From the NCBI RefSeq assembly GCF_025273655.1, contig NZ_CP045921.1, positions 210,001 to 242,000 of the forward strand: DNA of 32,000 bases, written 5' to 3'. This stretch comes from Candidatus Saccharimonadota bacterium. Lineage in GTDB: Bacteria; Patescibacteriota; Saccharimonadia; Saccharimonadales; Saccharimonadaceae. The position numbers and the translations under genes were made by a program. Below are positions 22,845-31,692 of the stretch, one piece after another. The notes beneath the pieces were generated by a model, which saw only the letters and a list, made by a program, of their open reading frames with translations, was not told the origin of the DNA and made no database searches. How positions within the stretch are numbered: position 1 is the stretch's first letter; each line of letters opens with the position of its first letter.

Positions 22845-24797
22845 TTATGAGAGAAGGCTAACAGGGTCAATTTCGTACTGCCAGTGACCACTTGCTGGTA
22901 AAGTGCCAATTAACTCCAGGAGGTGAGTACGACTGGGGGAGTGGATAGTGATTTGCCAGCGATATGTGCCTGCTTGCTTCTCGTAAAACGCCGGGGTGGG
23001 ACCGAGTAGGCGTTCGGATTGCCTGAGCTCGGCGCGCAGCTCGGCGGCAAATTTACGAGCATTTGTGACGGCTGCTTTTTCTGTCTTGTATGCGCAAACG
23101 AACTTGAGAAGGTAGGAGAATGGCGGAAAGTGATAACGGCTACGTTCGGGTATCTCTGCAGTATAAAATGTCGAATAGTCTTGTGCGATGCCGGCGCGGA
23201 CAGCAGTGTGTGTAGGCTGATATGTTTGCACGATGACATGTGCGGCTACCTCACCGCGACCAACACGCCCAATTACCTGAGTGATAAGCTGAAACGTGCG
23301 CTCCTCGGAGGTGAAATCGGGGAGGGAAAGCCCGGCGTCGGCTTGTATGATGCCGACTGTTTCGAGATGAGGAAGATCGATCCCTTTGGCGATGACCTGT
23401 GTGCCGATGATGATATCAATACTGCCATCGTATAGCTCTTTGTAACGTGAGTCGACAGAGTGTTCTTTGCCGGAGTCGCCATCGAATCGAACAATATTTT
23501 TATCCGGGAAGAGGCGTGCAATTTCCGACTCGATAAGCTTGGTGCCAATGCCCTTGTGAATGATTTCGCTGTGGCGACACACAGGACACATAGTCGGCAC
23601 CGGCATATGATAACCGGAGATGTGTCCGATGAGCTGATGTGTATCGGCATGGAGCGTGAGGGGCGTGCCTGTGTCTGGGTCTGTCGCTGTCCAGCCGCAG
23701 TTATCGCAGAGTGTGAGCGCGGCACTGCCGCGGCGATTATGAAACAGCAGGACTTGATTATTGGTGGCCAGTGAGCGCTCCATGTCGGTGAGTAGTGTAT
23801 CCGATAAAAAGCGATGTCGCGTAAACTGCGCGCGTTTTGTCATATCAACCACTTCGATGTGCGGCCCCGATGCTCTATTGTGAGCACGACTAGAAAGTGT
23901 GATGACGGGAGCGCCAGCTTGTTTAGCTGCATAATACTCTGCGACCGGTGGTGTAGCGCTGCCGAAGATGACTTTTGCTTGGTATTGTTCAGCCAAAATA
24001 GTGGCAACACGCAGGGCGGAGTAGCGTGGTGATTGCTCCTGTTTGTAGCTAGGCTCGTGCATCTCGTCGACTACCACAAGCCCTAGTGAGCGAAGTGGCA
24101 GAAATAATGCCGATCGTGGTCCTATGACAATTTTGGGCGTAGTAGACCGAAGCGCAGATAGCCAAATGCCATGGCGCTCCGCCTCGGTTTGCTGGGAATG
24201 GGTGAGTAAGACTTGGTCGGGGAAATCTTGCAAAAACTCGTCAACCAGTTGTGACGTCAACGCAATCTCCGGTACGAGGACGATAGCAGATTTACCGGCG
24301 GCGATTGCGTCATGCGCAAGCTGCTTATACACAAATGTCTTACCAGAGCCTGTTACGCCGTGAAGCAGATGAGTGGTACGCGTCGACTGCCGAATAGTGT
24401 CGATAGCTGCTTGCTGGTCCACAGTGGGGGTGAGCGCGCGCTGCTCGCGAATTAACTCATGTGTGGGCTGCGTCGCTCGCGTACGTCGCTGCTTATCGAT
24501 TCCTCGAGGCAGAAGCGTCGACAACACGGCAGCAAGTGGCGTAGCATAGTAGCTACTCATCCACCGAGCGGTAGCGAGAAGCGCTGTTGGTAGAGGCTCC
24601 TGTTCGACGACGAGAGCAATTGGCTTAGTCGTGAACGACGGCTTAGTGACAGGCGCTACTATGACGCCTGTTTGCGATCCGCGGCCAACCGGTATTTTGA
24701 CAATATGTCCGATTTCGAGAGAGGACTCGTGGTGATATGTAAACACATCAGCGCCAGCGCGCACGATTCGTATTGGAGCTACCTCGTAGTAGTGCAT
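22845..24797 (-). CDS. priA: primosomal protein N' (replication restart helicase PriA)
   Basis: Walker A GVTGSGKTFVY, the VVDEMHE box and a Cys-rich zinc region (CDNCGW...CPVCRH). The start is taken at MHYYEVAPIR (24797). The track start at 24824 is also possible. Confidence 0.93.
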   Translation of the reverse strand: MHYYEVAPIRIVRAGADVFTYHHESSLEIGHIVKIPVGRGSQTGVIVAPVTKPSFTTKPIALVVEQEPLPTALLATARWMSSYYATPLAAVLSTLLPRGIDKQRRTRATQPTHELIREQRALTPTVDQQAAIDTIRQSTRTTHLLHGVTGSGKTFVYKQLAHDAIAAGKSAIVLVPEIALTSQLVDEFLQDFPDQVLLTHSQQTEAERHGIWLSALRSTTPKIVIGPRSALFLPLRSLGLVVVDEMHEPSYKQEQSPRYSALRVATILAEQYQAKVIFGSATPPVAEYYAAKQAGAPVITLSSRAHNRASGPHIEVVDMTKRAQFTRHRFLSDTLLTDMERSLATNNQVLLFHNRRGSAALTLCDNCGWTATDPDTGTPLTLHADTHQLIGHISGYHMPVPTMCPVCRHSEIIHKGIGTKLIESEIARLFPDKNIVRFDGDSGKEHSVDSRYKELYDGSIDIIIGTQVIAKGIDLPHLETVGIIQADAGLSLPDFTSEERTFQLITQVIGRVGRGEVAAHVIVQTYQPTHTAVRAGIAQDYSTFYTAEIPERSRYHFPPFSYLLKFVCAYKTEKAAVTNARKFAAELRAELRQSERLLGPTPAFYEKQAGTYRWQITIHSPSRTHLLELIGTLPASGHWQYEIDPVSLLS

Positions 24798-24826
24798 AAC
24801 ACTCATTATACTGGTACACTGCATAT

Positions 24827-25483
24827 ATGTATTTCGAAAGTCGCGCCGCCGCCGGTGAGCAGCTTGCCCAGCAGCTGCTTGAGAAGTATCGCTATGAAGA
24901 CTGCGCAGTCTTAGCCCTAAGTGACGGTGCCGTGCAAGTAGGCGAGCCGATTGCTGCCGCGCTCCACAGTGTACTCACGATGTTGCTCGTAGAAGCGGTA
25001 GAGATTCCCGGGGAAGGTATCAACATTGGTGGGCTCAACCAGTCTGGACGTTTTACGTATAACGGTATGTTGTCTGCGGGCGAGATTGAAGGTTTCCGCC
25101 AGGAGTACTTCGGCTACTTTGAAGAGAAGAAGCGCGAAGGGATGATGCGTATCAATCGGTTGCTTGGTGATGGCGGACTTGTCAACAAAGATCTGCTCAA
25201 AGGCCGCAGCATCATTCTGGTGTCAGATGGTTTTCATGATGCCGCATCGCTGGATGTGGCGATGGATTTTCTCAAGCCCATTAACACACAGAAGATTATT
25301 GTGGCGACACCTACAGCCACCGTTCCAGCGGTCGACAGACTTCATATTACGGTCGATGAAATGTATATTCTGGATGTCAAAGAAAACTTCATGGGCGTGG
25401 ATCACTACTACGAAGTGAATGATGTGCCGTCACATGAAGACACGGTGAAGAAAATCAACGATATCATCCTGAATTGGCAGTAG
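24827..25483 (+). CDS. phosphoribosyltransferase-like protein with degenerate PRPP-binding motifs
   Basis: 218 aa. The architecture resembles the 'putative phosphoribosyl transferase' family (N-terminal F.SR..AG..LA..L, then an acidic-loop strand). The expected VDDGxATG is SDGFHDAAS here. Confidence 0.6.
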   Translation: MYFESRAAAGEQLAQQLLEKYRYEDCAVLALSDGAVQVGEPIAAALHSVLTMLLVEAVEIPGEGINIGGLNQSGRFTYNGMLSAGEIEGFRQEYFGYFEEKKREGMMRINRLLGDGGLVNKDLLKGRSIILVSDGFHDAASLDVAMDFLKPINTQKIIVATPTATVPAVDRLHITVDEMYILDVKENFMGVDHYYEVNDVPSHEDTVKKINDIILNWQ

Positions 25484-25488
25484 GTGGG

Positions 25489-25517
25489 TTGAGACTCGAT
25501 CAAATGTTGTGTATAAT
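25489..25517 (+). promoter_or_regulatory. candidate promoter for the wHTH-recJ operon
   Basis: TTGAGA (25489-25494), 17 nt, TATAAT (25512-25517). Confidence 0.6.
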
Positions 25518-25547
25518 GATATGAAGATAGGTGGCAAACGCTGAATT

Positions 25548-25847
25548 ATGTTAGATGTTTTTATTACTTCACGAGTCCGACGCAAGATTGTAGTAGTGTA
25601 CGCTAAGTACCCAGACTTCCGCACGCATGTCCGCGGACTCGCTAAGCTCATCAAAGAAGATCCGGGCAATATTCAGCGCGAACTCAAAAAGCTGGAAAAA
25701 GTTGGATTCCTGACAAGCGAAAAACAGGGCAATACCAAGATTTATTCGACAAACAAGCAGTTCCCAATTTTCAAAGAACTACAGAGTATTGTTATTAAGT
25801 CTCAGCAGCACTCATCTCGACCGAAACGTCCCTCAACGGGCATTTAG
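25548..25847 (+). CDS. small winged-helix (ArsR/MarR-like) transcriptional regulator
   Basis: 99 aa. The segment GLAKLIKEDPGNIQRELKKLEKVGFLTSEKQGNTKIY looks like HTH plus wing. It lies immediately upstream of recJ. Confidence 0.6.
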   Translation: MLDVFITSRVRRKIVVVYAKYPDFRTHVRGLAKLIKEDPGNIQRELKKLEKVGFLTSEKQGNTKIYSTNKQFPIFKELQSIVIKSQQHSSRPKRPSTGI

Positions 25848-25850
25848 CCT

Positions 25851-27524
25851 GTGTCGGTTTTCGAAGATATTCTTACCGCGCGCGGCCTGATTGGTCGGGC
25901 GCGCGATGCGTTTTTGAATCCGAGTTATGATGCGAAGCACGATCCTTTTTTGCTACCTGATATGCAGGCAGCAGTGGATCGACTAATAGTTGCTCATGAG
26001 CACCAAGAACGAATTACGATTTACGGTGACTACGATATCGATGGGCTGACAGCGACAACAATTCTGCTCGATGGCCTGGAATCATTTGGTTTTGAGCATG
26101 TCGACGCGTTTATCCCGAATCGTTTTGTCGAAGGATACGGCCTCACGGTAGATGCCGTAGAAAAGATAGCTGTTAGTGGTGCACAGCTGATTATCACAGT
26201 GGACTGTGGTAGCTTGAGCGAGAAAGAGATTCTGCGCGCGAGCGAGCTGGGTGTAGATGTGATTGTGACGGACCATCATAATGTTGCACCGGTTCAGCCA
26301 CCAGCAGTGGCAGTGATAAATCCCAAAAGACTGCTGCAGGATCACCCTGAAAAATATGAAAATTATCTACTTCGTGACACGACCGAATCGCTCTATCCCT
26401 TCCTAGATCTTGCTGGTTGTGGTGTTGCATTCAAGCTTGTGCAAGCACTGCAGACACGACTCGACGGCCTACCGGCCGGTCAGGAAAAATGGCTACTTGA
26501 CTTGGTGGCACTCGGCACAGTATGTGATGTAGTGACACTTATAGATGAGAACCGCGCCAATGTGTACTGGGGGCTCAAGGTGCTCGCGCAGACGCGCCGG
26601 CCAGGACTGAAGGCACTCCTATTGGTGAGTGACGTAGAGCCAAGCAAGGTGAGCGCGCGGAGCCTGGGGTTTGCGCTGGGGCCACGTATGAATGCAGCCG
26701 GTAGGCTGGAGACGGCGCAGCACGCGCTCGATATGCTACGAGCCAAAGACCCGGAGACTGCACTCGAAAAAGCAGAACTACTTGATGCGATGAACCGCGC
26801 GCGCCGAGCCGAGCAAGATAAAATATACAAAGCGGCTATAGAGCAAGCTGAGCAATTTGTAGACGATCCAGTGCTCGTGGTGAGTAGCAAAGGTTGGAAC
26901 CATGGCATTATCGGTATCGTGGCGGCGAAGTTATTAGAGAAGTATAAAAAACCGACGTACGTACTGGAAGAGATGGGAGAGGAGGCAAAAGGAAGTGCGC
27001 GTAGTTATGGCGACTTCTCGGCGGCCGATGCTATCCGTGCCAGCGACGATATCATCACCAAAGGTGGCGGGCATAAACTGGCAGCAGGCGTGACATTGCC
27101 GACGGCAAACATCACAGCGTTTCGCGAGCGCGTGAACAAGTTTTACCACGATCAGAATTTACTCGATCAGGCTGACTTGCTGCTACCGCAAGCTGATACC
27201 ACAACTTCGCTCGACGAAATTTCTGAAGCACTTATCGACCAGCTGGCCTCGCTCGAGCCGTTTGGCAATGGCAACCCGCAGCCAGTGCTTCGCTCTGAGA
27301 ACTTACTCGTGCTCGGCCAGCGCCGCATGGGCGCTGACGGGCAGCATGTCAAACTGACACTCCAGGATGGCACGATCAAGCTCGACATGCTGGCGTTCAA
27401 CGCACCGGAGCATTTCTTTGTGCAGCCTGGTGACCAGGTCACGGTTTGGTATCAACCTGATGTCAATGAATGGCAGGGTCGGCGCTCTATTGAAGGCCGA
27501 TTGCTGCATCTTGAGCTTGTGTAA
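25851..27524 (+). CDS. recJ: single-stranded-DNA-specific exonuclease RecJ
   Basis: 557 aa with a GTG start 3 nt after the upstream stop. DHH family motifs are ITIYGDYDIDGLT, ITVDCG and VTDHHN. The DHHA1 GGGHKLAAG motif is present. Confidence 0.93.
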   Translation: MSVFEDILTARGLIGRARDAFLNPSYDAKHDPFLLPDMQAAVDRLIVAHEHQERITIYGDYDIDGLTATTILLDGLESFGFEHVDAFIPNRFVEGYGLTVDAVEKIAVSGAQLIITVDCGSLSEKEILRASELGVDVIVTDHHNVAPVQPPAVAVINPKRLLQDHPEKYENYLLRDTTESLYPFLDLAGCGVAFKLVQALQTRLDGLPAGQEKWLLDLVALGTVCDVVTLIDENRANVYWGLKVLAQTRRPGLKALLLVSDVEPSKVSARSLGFALGPRMNAAGRLETAQHALDMLRAKDPETALEKAELLDAMNRARRAEQDKIYKAAIEQAEQFVDDPVLVVSSKGWNHGIIGIVAAKLLEKYKKPTYVLEEMGEEAKGSARSYGDFSAADAIRASDDIITKGGGHKLAAGVTLPTANITAFRERVNKFYHDQNLLDQADLLLPQADTTTSLDEISEALIDQLASLEPFGNGNPQPVLRSENLLVLGQRRMGADGQHVKLTLQDGTIKLDMLAFNAPEHFFVQPGDQVTVWYQPDVNEWQGRRSIEGRLLHLELV

Positions 27525-27600
27525 AATGGGTCGGGTGAGGACGGTAGTGTTCTTGACATATGTCCTTCTTTCTAGGTGTCTCAATTTTCTCTCGGGGGTG

Positions 27601-27629
27601 TTGTCAGGAGCGGTGATATCTGTTACAAT
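27601..27629 (+). promoter_or_regulatory. candidate promoter for rpsU
   Basis: TTGTCA (27601-27606), 17 nt, TACAAT (27624-27629). The ATG is 9 nt downstream. Confidence 0.55.
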
Positions 27630-27638
27630 GTACTCTAT

Positions 27639-27854
27639 ATGGTACAAGTCACACGTAAAGATCAGAAAGAGGCGAACGAAAACATCATTCGTCGTTTCAA
27701 TCGCAAAGTGCTCCAGAGCGGAGTACTTGCTGATGCCAAATCGTCAATGCGATTTAGCAAACCTCTCAGCAAAACGGAGCGTCGCGCCAAAGCGATCATC
27801 CGCAAAGAACGCAAAGCAGACAAGATGCAGAAAATGCGTCTAGGAGTTCGCTAG
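27639..27854 (+). CDS. rpsU: 30S ribosomal protein S21
   Basis: 71 aa from MVQVTRKDQKEANENIIRRFNRKVLQSGVL..., a typical bS21 sequence. The upstream extension of the track ORF (from 27576) covers the promoter and was rejected. Confidence 0.9.
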   Translation: MVQVTRKDQKEANENIIRRFNRKVLQSGVLADAKSSMRFSKPLSKTERRAKAIIRKERKADKMQKMRLGVR

Positions 27855-27857
27855 CCA

Positions 27858-28313
27858 GTGGCGCTCGCTGAGCAAATCCAAAACGATATGAAAGCCGCTC
27901 TTTTGGGCGGCAATCGTTTTGAGGGCGATGTACTGCGCAATCTCAAGGCAGCCATCTTGAACGAAGAGGTCGCACAGGGCAAGCGCGAGACCGGCCTGGA
28001 CGACGCCGAAGTAGAGAAGATTATCGCACGCGAAGTGAAGAAGCGTAATGAGAGCATACGGCTATATGAAGAAAACGGTCGCCCAGAACTCGCCGAAGAT
28101 GAAAAGAAAGAAATCGCTGTACTGAGCACATATTTACCGCAGCAGCTCAGCGAAGACGAAATTCGTGCAATTGCCAAACTGGTGATCGAAGAAATGGACA
28201 ATGTAGGTCCAAGCATGATGGGGCAGGTGATCGGCGGCGTGAAGGCAAAAGCAGGCAATTCGGCTGATGGCGCCACGGTTGCACGTGTCGTTAAAGACTT
28301 GCTACAATCTTGA
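27858..28313 (+). CDS. GatB/YqeY domain protein
   Basis: 151 aa with a GTG start. The pattern I..D.K.A....-...L R.L.AAI.N.E...G...L.D.EV..II.KE.KKR..S...Y is characteristic of YqeY. Confidence 0.85.
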   Translation: MALAEQIQNDMKAALLGGNRFEGDVLRNLKAAILNEEVAQGKRETGLDDAEVEKIIAREVKKRNESIRLYEENGRPELAEDEKKEIAVLSTYLPQQLSEDEIRAIAKLVIEEMDNVGPSMMGQVIGGVKAKAGNSADGATVARVVKDLLQS

Positions 28314-28351
28314 AGTAACGACCTATACAAACAGAAGGGATAGAAAGACGA

Positions 28352-28903
28352 ATGATTTTATTGTTTGGCCCCACCGGTGCGGGTAAAAGCATGCAGGGAC
28401 AAATGTTGGCGGTGCGCCAGGGGTGGAAGTGGTTGAGTACCGGTCAGATGCTACGTGACAGCGAAGATCCAGAAGTGATTGAAGTGCTCAAAAGTGGTGA
28501 ACTAGTAAGCGACGAGCTGACATACGAGGTCTTTGACGCCGCGATACGCGATGCCCGTGACAAAAAGTTTCCGCGCGTAATTGTGGATGGGTTTCCGCGC
28601 ACCAAAGAGCAGGCCGAGTGGCTGGCAGACTACATGGAGCACCACAAAGAGAATATCGATCTTGTCGTGGTACTCGAAGTGCCAGAGGGTGAAATCATGA
28701 ATCGCCTCGAGAAGCGTGCTCGTATGGAAGATACGCCCGAGACGATTGCCAAGCGTATGAATATCTATCGCCAGAAGATGTATCCAGTACTTGGTACGTT
28801 TGCCGAAGAGGGTATGAAGATCGTCCACCTCGATGGTACCGGTACCGCCGGCGAAGTTCATGACCGCCTGTATGCAGAGATCGAATCGAACGGATTGGTG
28901 TAG
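28352..28903 (+). CDS. adk: adenylate kinase (short, no zinc lid)
   Basis: 183 aa. P-loop GPTGAGKS, LSTGQMLRD and DGFPRT motifs. Confidence 0.9.
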   Translation: MILLFGPTGAGKSMQGQMLAVRQGWKWLSTGQMLRDSEDPEVIEVLKSGELVSDELTYEVFDAAIRDARDKKFPRVIVDGFPRTKEQAEWLADYMEHHKENIDLVVVLEVPEGEIMNRLEKRARMEDTPETIAKRMNIYRQKMYPVLGTFAEEGMKIVHLDGTGTAGEVHDRLYAEIESNGLV

Positions 28904-28905
28904 GT

Positions 28906-29679
28906 GTGAGCCAGCCAATTACCGGTCGCAAAACGCCTGAGCAGCTCGATGCAATGCGTGAGGGGGGTAAGATTTTGGCACGCATTTTTACTGATATCCG
29001 CGGGCATGTGCAGCCCGGTATGACTGAACTTGATGTGAACGACTTTGTGGCTAGCAAAATCAAGGAGTATGGTGCCACCCCGACGTACCGCGAGCCGGTA
29101 CCTGATTTTCCTGGCGTGATCTGTATTAGTACAAACGAAGAAATTGTGCACGGCGTGCCGACAGAGTATGAGTTCGAGGTTGGCGATGTCGCAAGTTTTG
29201 ATCTGGTAATCACGTACAAAGGTATGAAGACTGACAGCGCATTTACGATGACAATTGGTGAAGAACCAAAAGGTGCAACGAAGCACCTTATTAGCCTCAC
29301 GGAGCGGAGTTTATACGCCGGTATTGACGCGATTCATGGCGATGGCACCACGACAAACGAGATCGGTGCGGCAGTGGAGGCTGTACTTAGCAGGGGTAAA
29401 CTCGGTATTATTCGTGAGCTTGTAGGTCACGGCGTTGGTCTCGAGATGCACATGCCGCCAGACGTGCCGAACTATCGCATCCGGGGTCACGATACCGTAC
29501 TGCACGCAGGCGACACTATCGCTATTGAGCCCATGGCAACGCTTGGCGGTGAGCGTATAGTCACAAGCCAGGATGACGGTTGGACGATCAGTACGCGCGA
29601 TGGCAGTCTGGCTGCGCATTTCGAACATACAGTGCTTATCACCGACGACGGCGCTGAAATCTTAACGCAGTTGCAATAG
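28906..29679 (+). CDS. map: type I methionine aminopeptidase
   Basis: 257 aa with a GTG start. Metal-binding motifs are VHGVP, DV.SFDL, GHGVG and EPM. Confidence 0.95.
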   Translation: MSQPITGRKTPEQLDAMREGGKILARIFTDIRGHVQPGMTELDVNDFVASKIKEYGATPTYREPVPDFPGVICISTNEEIVHGVPTEYEFEVGDVASFDLVITYKGMKTDSAFTMTIGEEPKGATKHLISLTERSLYAGIDAIHGDGTTTNEIGAAVEAVLSRGKLGIIRELVGHGVGLEMHMPPDVPNYRIRGHDTVLHAGDTIAIEPMATLGGERIVTSQDDGWTISTRDGSLAAHFEHTVLITDDGAEILTQLQ

Positions 29680-30309
29680 TAATTCGATTCGTCGGCCGAT
29701 TGCCTCGCTTGGCTCAAGTACCTGTGCACGTCCGGCAGCGAGCTCTATGATGAGTTCTTTGATCCAGTGATAATGTGTACAGCCGAGCACGATGATGTCG
29801 GCACCTTTTTCGCAGACTTCATTGACAGTGACGGCGATATGCTCCTGGTTGAGTTGATTGTTTTCGATCCAGTATGCCCACTGGCTGCAGTCTGGAGTGA
29901 TGATGTGGAGTGATGACCCGTAGCGCTGCACAAGGCGAGCATAACGGGTGCTAGTGAGTGTGCCCGGTGTAGCACAGACAGCGACAATGCCGGTGCGAGT
30001 CAGCTCTGCGGCTGGTTTGATCATCGGTTCAAGGCCGATGAATTTCTGTGTGGGGTACTTAGCGCGGAGCTGTTCAATCGCAAATGCAGTGGCGGTATTG
30101 CAAGCGAGTACTATCATGTCGCATGAGCCATCTAACAGGGGCTGAATTGCCAGCTCTGTCAGGCGACGCACCTGAGCAGGGGACTTGTTGCCATAGGGTA
30201 CGTTGCCGCGATCGTTTACAGTTACGACTTTTGCACTGGGAAAATATTCGCGAAGTGAGACGGCGACTGCTTCACCTCCGATACCGCTGTCAAACACACC
30301 AAGTTTCAT
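29662..30309 (-). CDS. murI: glutamate racemase (short form)
   Basis: 215 aa. Motifs FDSGIGG, LACNTA and GCTHY. The 3' end overlaps the map 3' end by 18 nt. Confidence 0.85.
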   Translation of the reverse strand: MKLGVFDSGIGGEAVAVSLREYFPSAKVVTVNDRGNVPYGNKSPAQVRRLTELAIQPLLDGSCDMIVLACNTATAFAIEQLRAKYPTQKFIGLEPMIKPAAELTRTGIVAVCATPGTLTSTRYARLVQRYGSSLHIITPDCSQWAYWIENNQLNQEHIAVTVNEVCEKGADIIVLGCTHYHWIKELIIELAAGRAQVLEPSEAIGRRIELLLQLR

Positions 30310-30363
30310 GCTCTCTAGTATAGACTATTTTCAAACCGGCGCATAAGCGGTATACTACAACAT

Positions 30364-31611
30364 ATGCAAGACACGTCCAAGTATGCCGTAGGTATTGATA
30401 TAGGAACCAACAAAATCCGCTGCGTGGTGGGTCACGTCGATGTGTCGACTGGTGCACCGACAGTTGTGGGTGTGGGTGAAGTATCAAACAGCGGTATGCG
30501 CAAAGGAGTGGTAGTTAATCTCGCGGGTCCGAGCAAGGCGATCGACGATGCACTTGGTGAAGCGGAGCGTATGAGTGGGTATCAAGTGAATGCGGCGACA
30601 TTGAGCATCAATGGATCGCATATCTTGAGTACAAAAGCCGACGGCATGATTGCTATCGGTATGGCGGGGCAGGAAGTGACAGAAGCCGATATTATACGTC
30701 TAGAGGACGTCGCAACCACAGGCAAGGTACCTGCCAATCGTGAGATTCTTGAACTCGTGCCATTTAGTTATCGGCTTGATGGCCAAGATGGTATCAAGGA
30801 TCCCGTCGGTATGACGGGGACGCGGCTCGAGATCAATGCAAATGTCGTTTCGGCACTTGCTCCACACGTGGTTAATCTCCAGAAAACTGCCGAACAAGCG
30901 CAAGTGGTGCCACATGCGCTTATCCCAAGTGCTGTAGCGGCCTCACGCGCAGTGCTCACTGAGCAGCAGCTTGAAAACGGCGTGGCTGTGATTGACTTCG
31001 GTGGCGCAACAACTAGTATTGCTATCTATGAAGAAGGTGATCTTCAATACACCGCTGTCATCCCTGTCGGCAGCAATAACATCACGAATGATCTCGCGAT
31101 TGGACTCAAGACCGATCCCGAAGTAGCGGAGCTAGTGAAGCTACAGCATGTAACTGCTGTAAGTGGACGTGACAGCAAGAAGGTGTCGGTCAAATACGAA
31201 AAAGAGACTCATGAATTTGCCACAAGTGAGATTGATGAGATAGTCGAAGCCCGTCTCGAAGAGCTGTTTGAAGATATCAATGCCGAGCTCAAAAAAGCTG
31301 GCCGCAAGGGTAAGCTGCCAAACGGTGTCGTGCTGGTGGGTGGTGGAGCGCAGCTCAAAGGCCTGGTGGACTATACTAAGCAGTCGCTCGAACTTGCCGC
31401 GCGTATCGGTAAACCAAAAGGTTTCGGCGGGGTGGCCGAACAACTGGAGTCGCCAGCGTTTGCGACTGCCGTGGGACTCATGTTCAGTGACATGGAGAAC
31501 GTCGAAAACCCTAGCTTGCATAAATCTAGTGATAAGACCCATAGAGCTAAGCAGGGCGTTTCTCAAGCCAAAGGTTTTGTGAGTAAATTTTTGGATCGTT
31601 TCCGCGCCTAA
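30364..31611 (+). CDS. ftsA: cell division protein FtsA
   Basis: 415 aa. Actin-like ATPase motifs are VGIDIGTNKIRCVVG and DFGGATTSIAIY. Confidence 0.93.
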   Translation: MQDTSKYAVGIDIGTNKIRCVVGHVDVSTGAPTVVGVGEVSNSGMRKGVVVNLAGPSKAIDDALGEAERMSGYQVNAATLSINGSHILSTKADGMIAIGMAGQEVTEADIIRLEDVATTGKVPANREILELVPFSYRLDGQDGIKDPVGMTGTRLEINANVVSALAPHVVNLQKTAEQAQVVPHALIPSAVAASRAVLTEQQLENGVAVIDFGGATTSIAIYEEGDLQYTAVIPVGSNNITNDLAIGLKTDPEVAELVKLQHVTAVSGRDSKKVSVKYEKETHEFATSEIDEIVEARLEELFEDINAELKKAGRKGKLPNGVVLVGGGAQLKGLVDYTKQSLELAARIGKPKGFGGVAEQLESPAFATAVGLMFSDMENVENPSLHKSSDKTHRAKQGVSQAKGFVSKFLDRFRA

Positions 31612-31626
31612 CAGAGTCAGTGGCGC

Positions 31627-31654
31627 TTGAAAGTGTCACTCCTCGTGTTATACT
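31627..31654 (+). promoter_or_regulatory. candidate ftsZ promoter
   Basis: TTGAAA (31627-31632), 16 nt, TATACT (31649-31654). The SD GGGGGAGAG lies upstream of the ATG. Confidence 0.5.
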
Positions 31655-31692
31655 AGATACTAGATTTATAGAACCAGGGGGAGAGACTAGGA

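Noticed and set aside
29662-30309. murI as a truncated pseudogene (215 aa against roughly 260-270 typical).
   Set aside because: All catalytic motifs (DSGIGG, ACNTA, GCTHY) are intact and in normal spacing, and the frame is clean. Only the variable C-terminal about 40 aa are missing. A minimal functional enzyme is more likely than a pseudogene.
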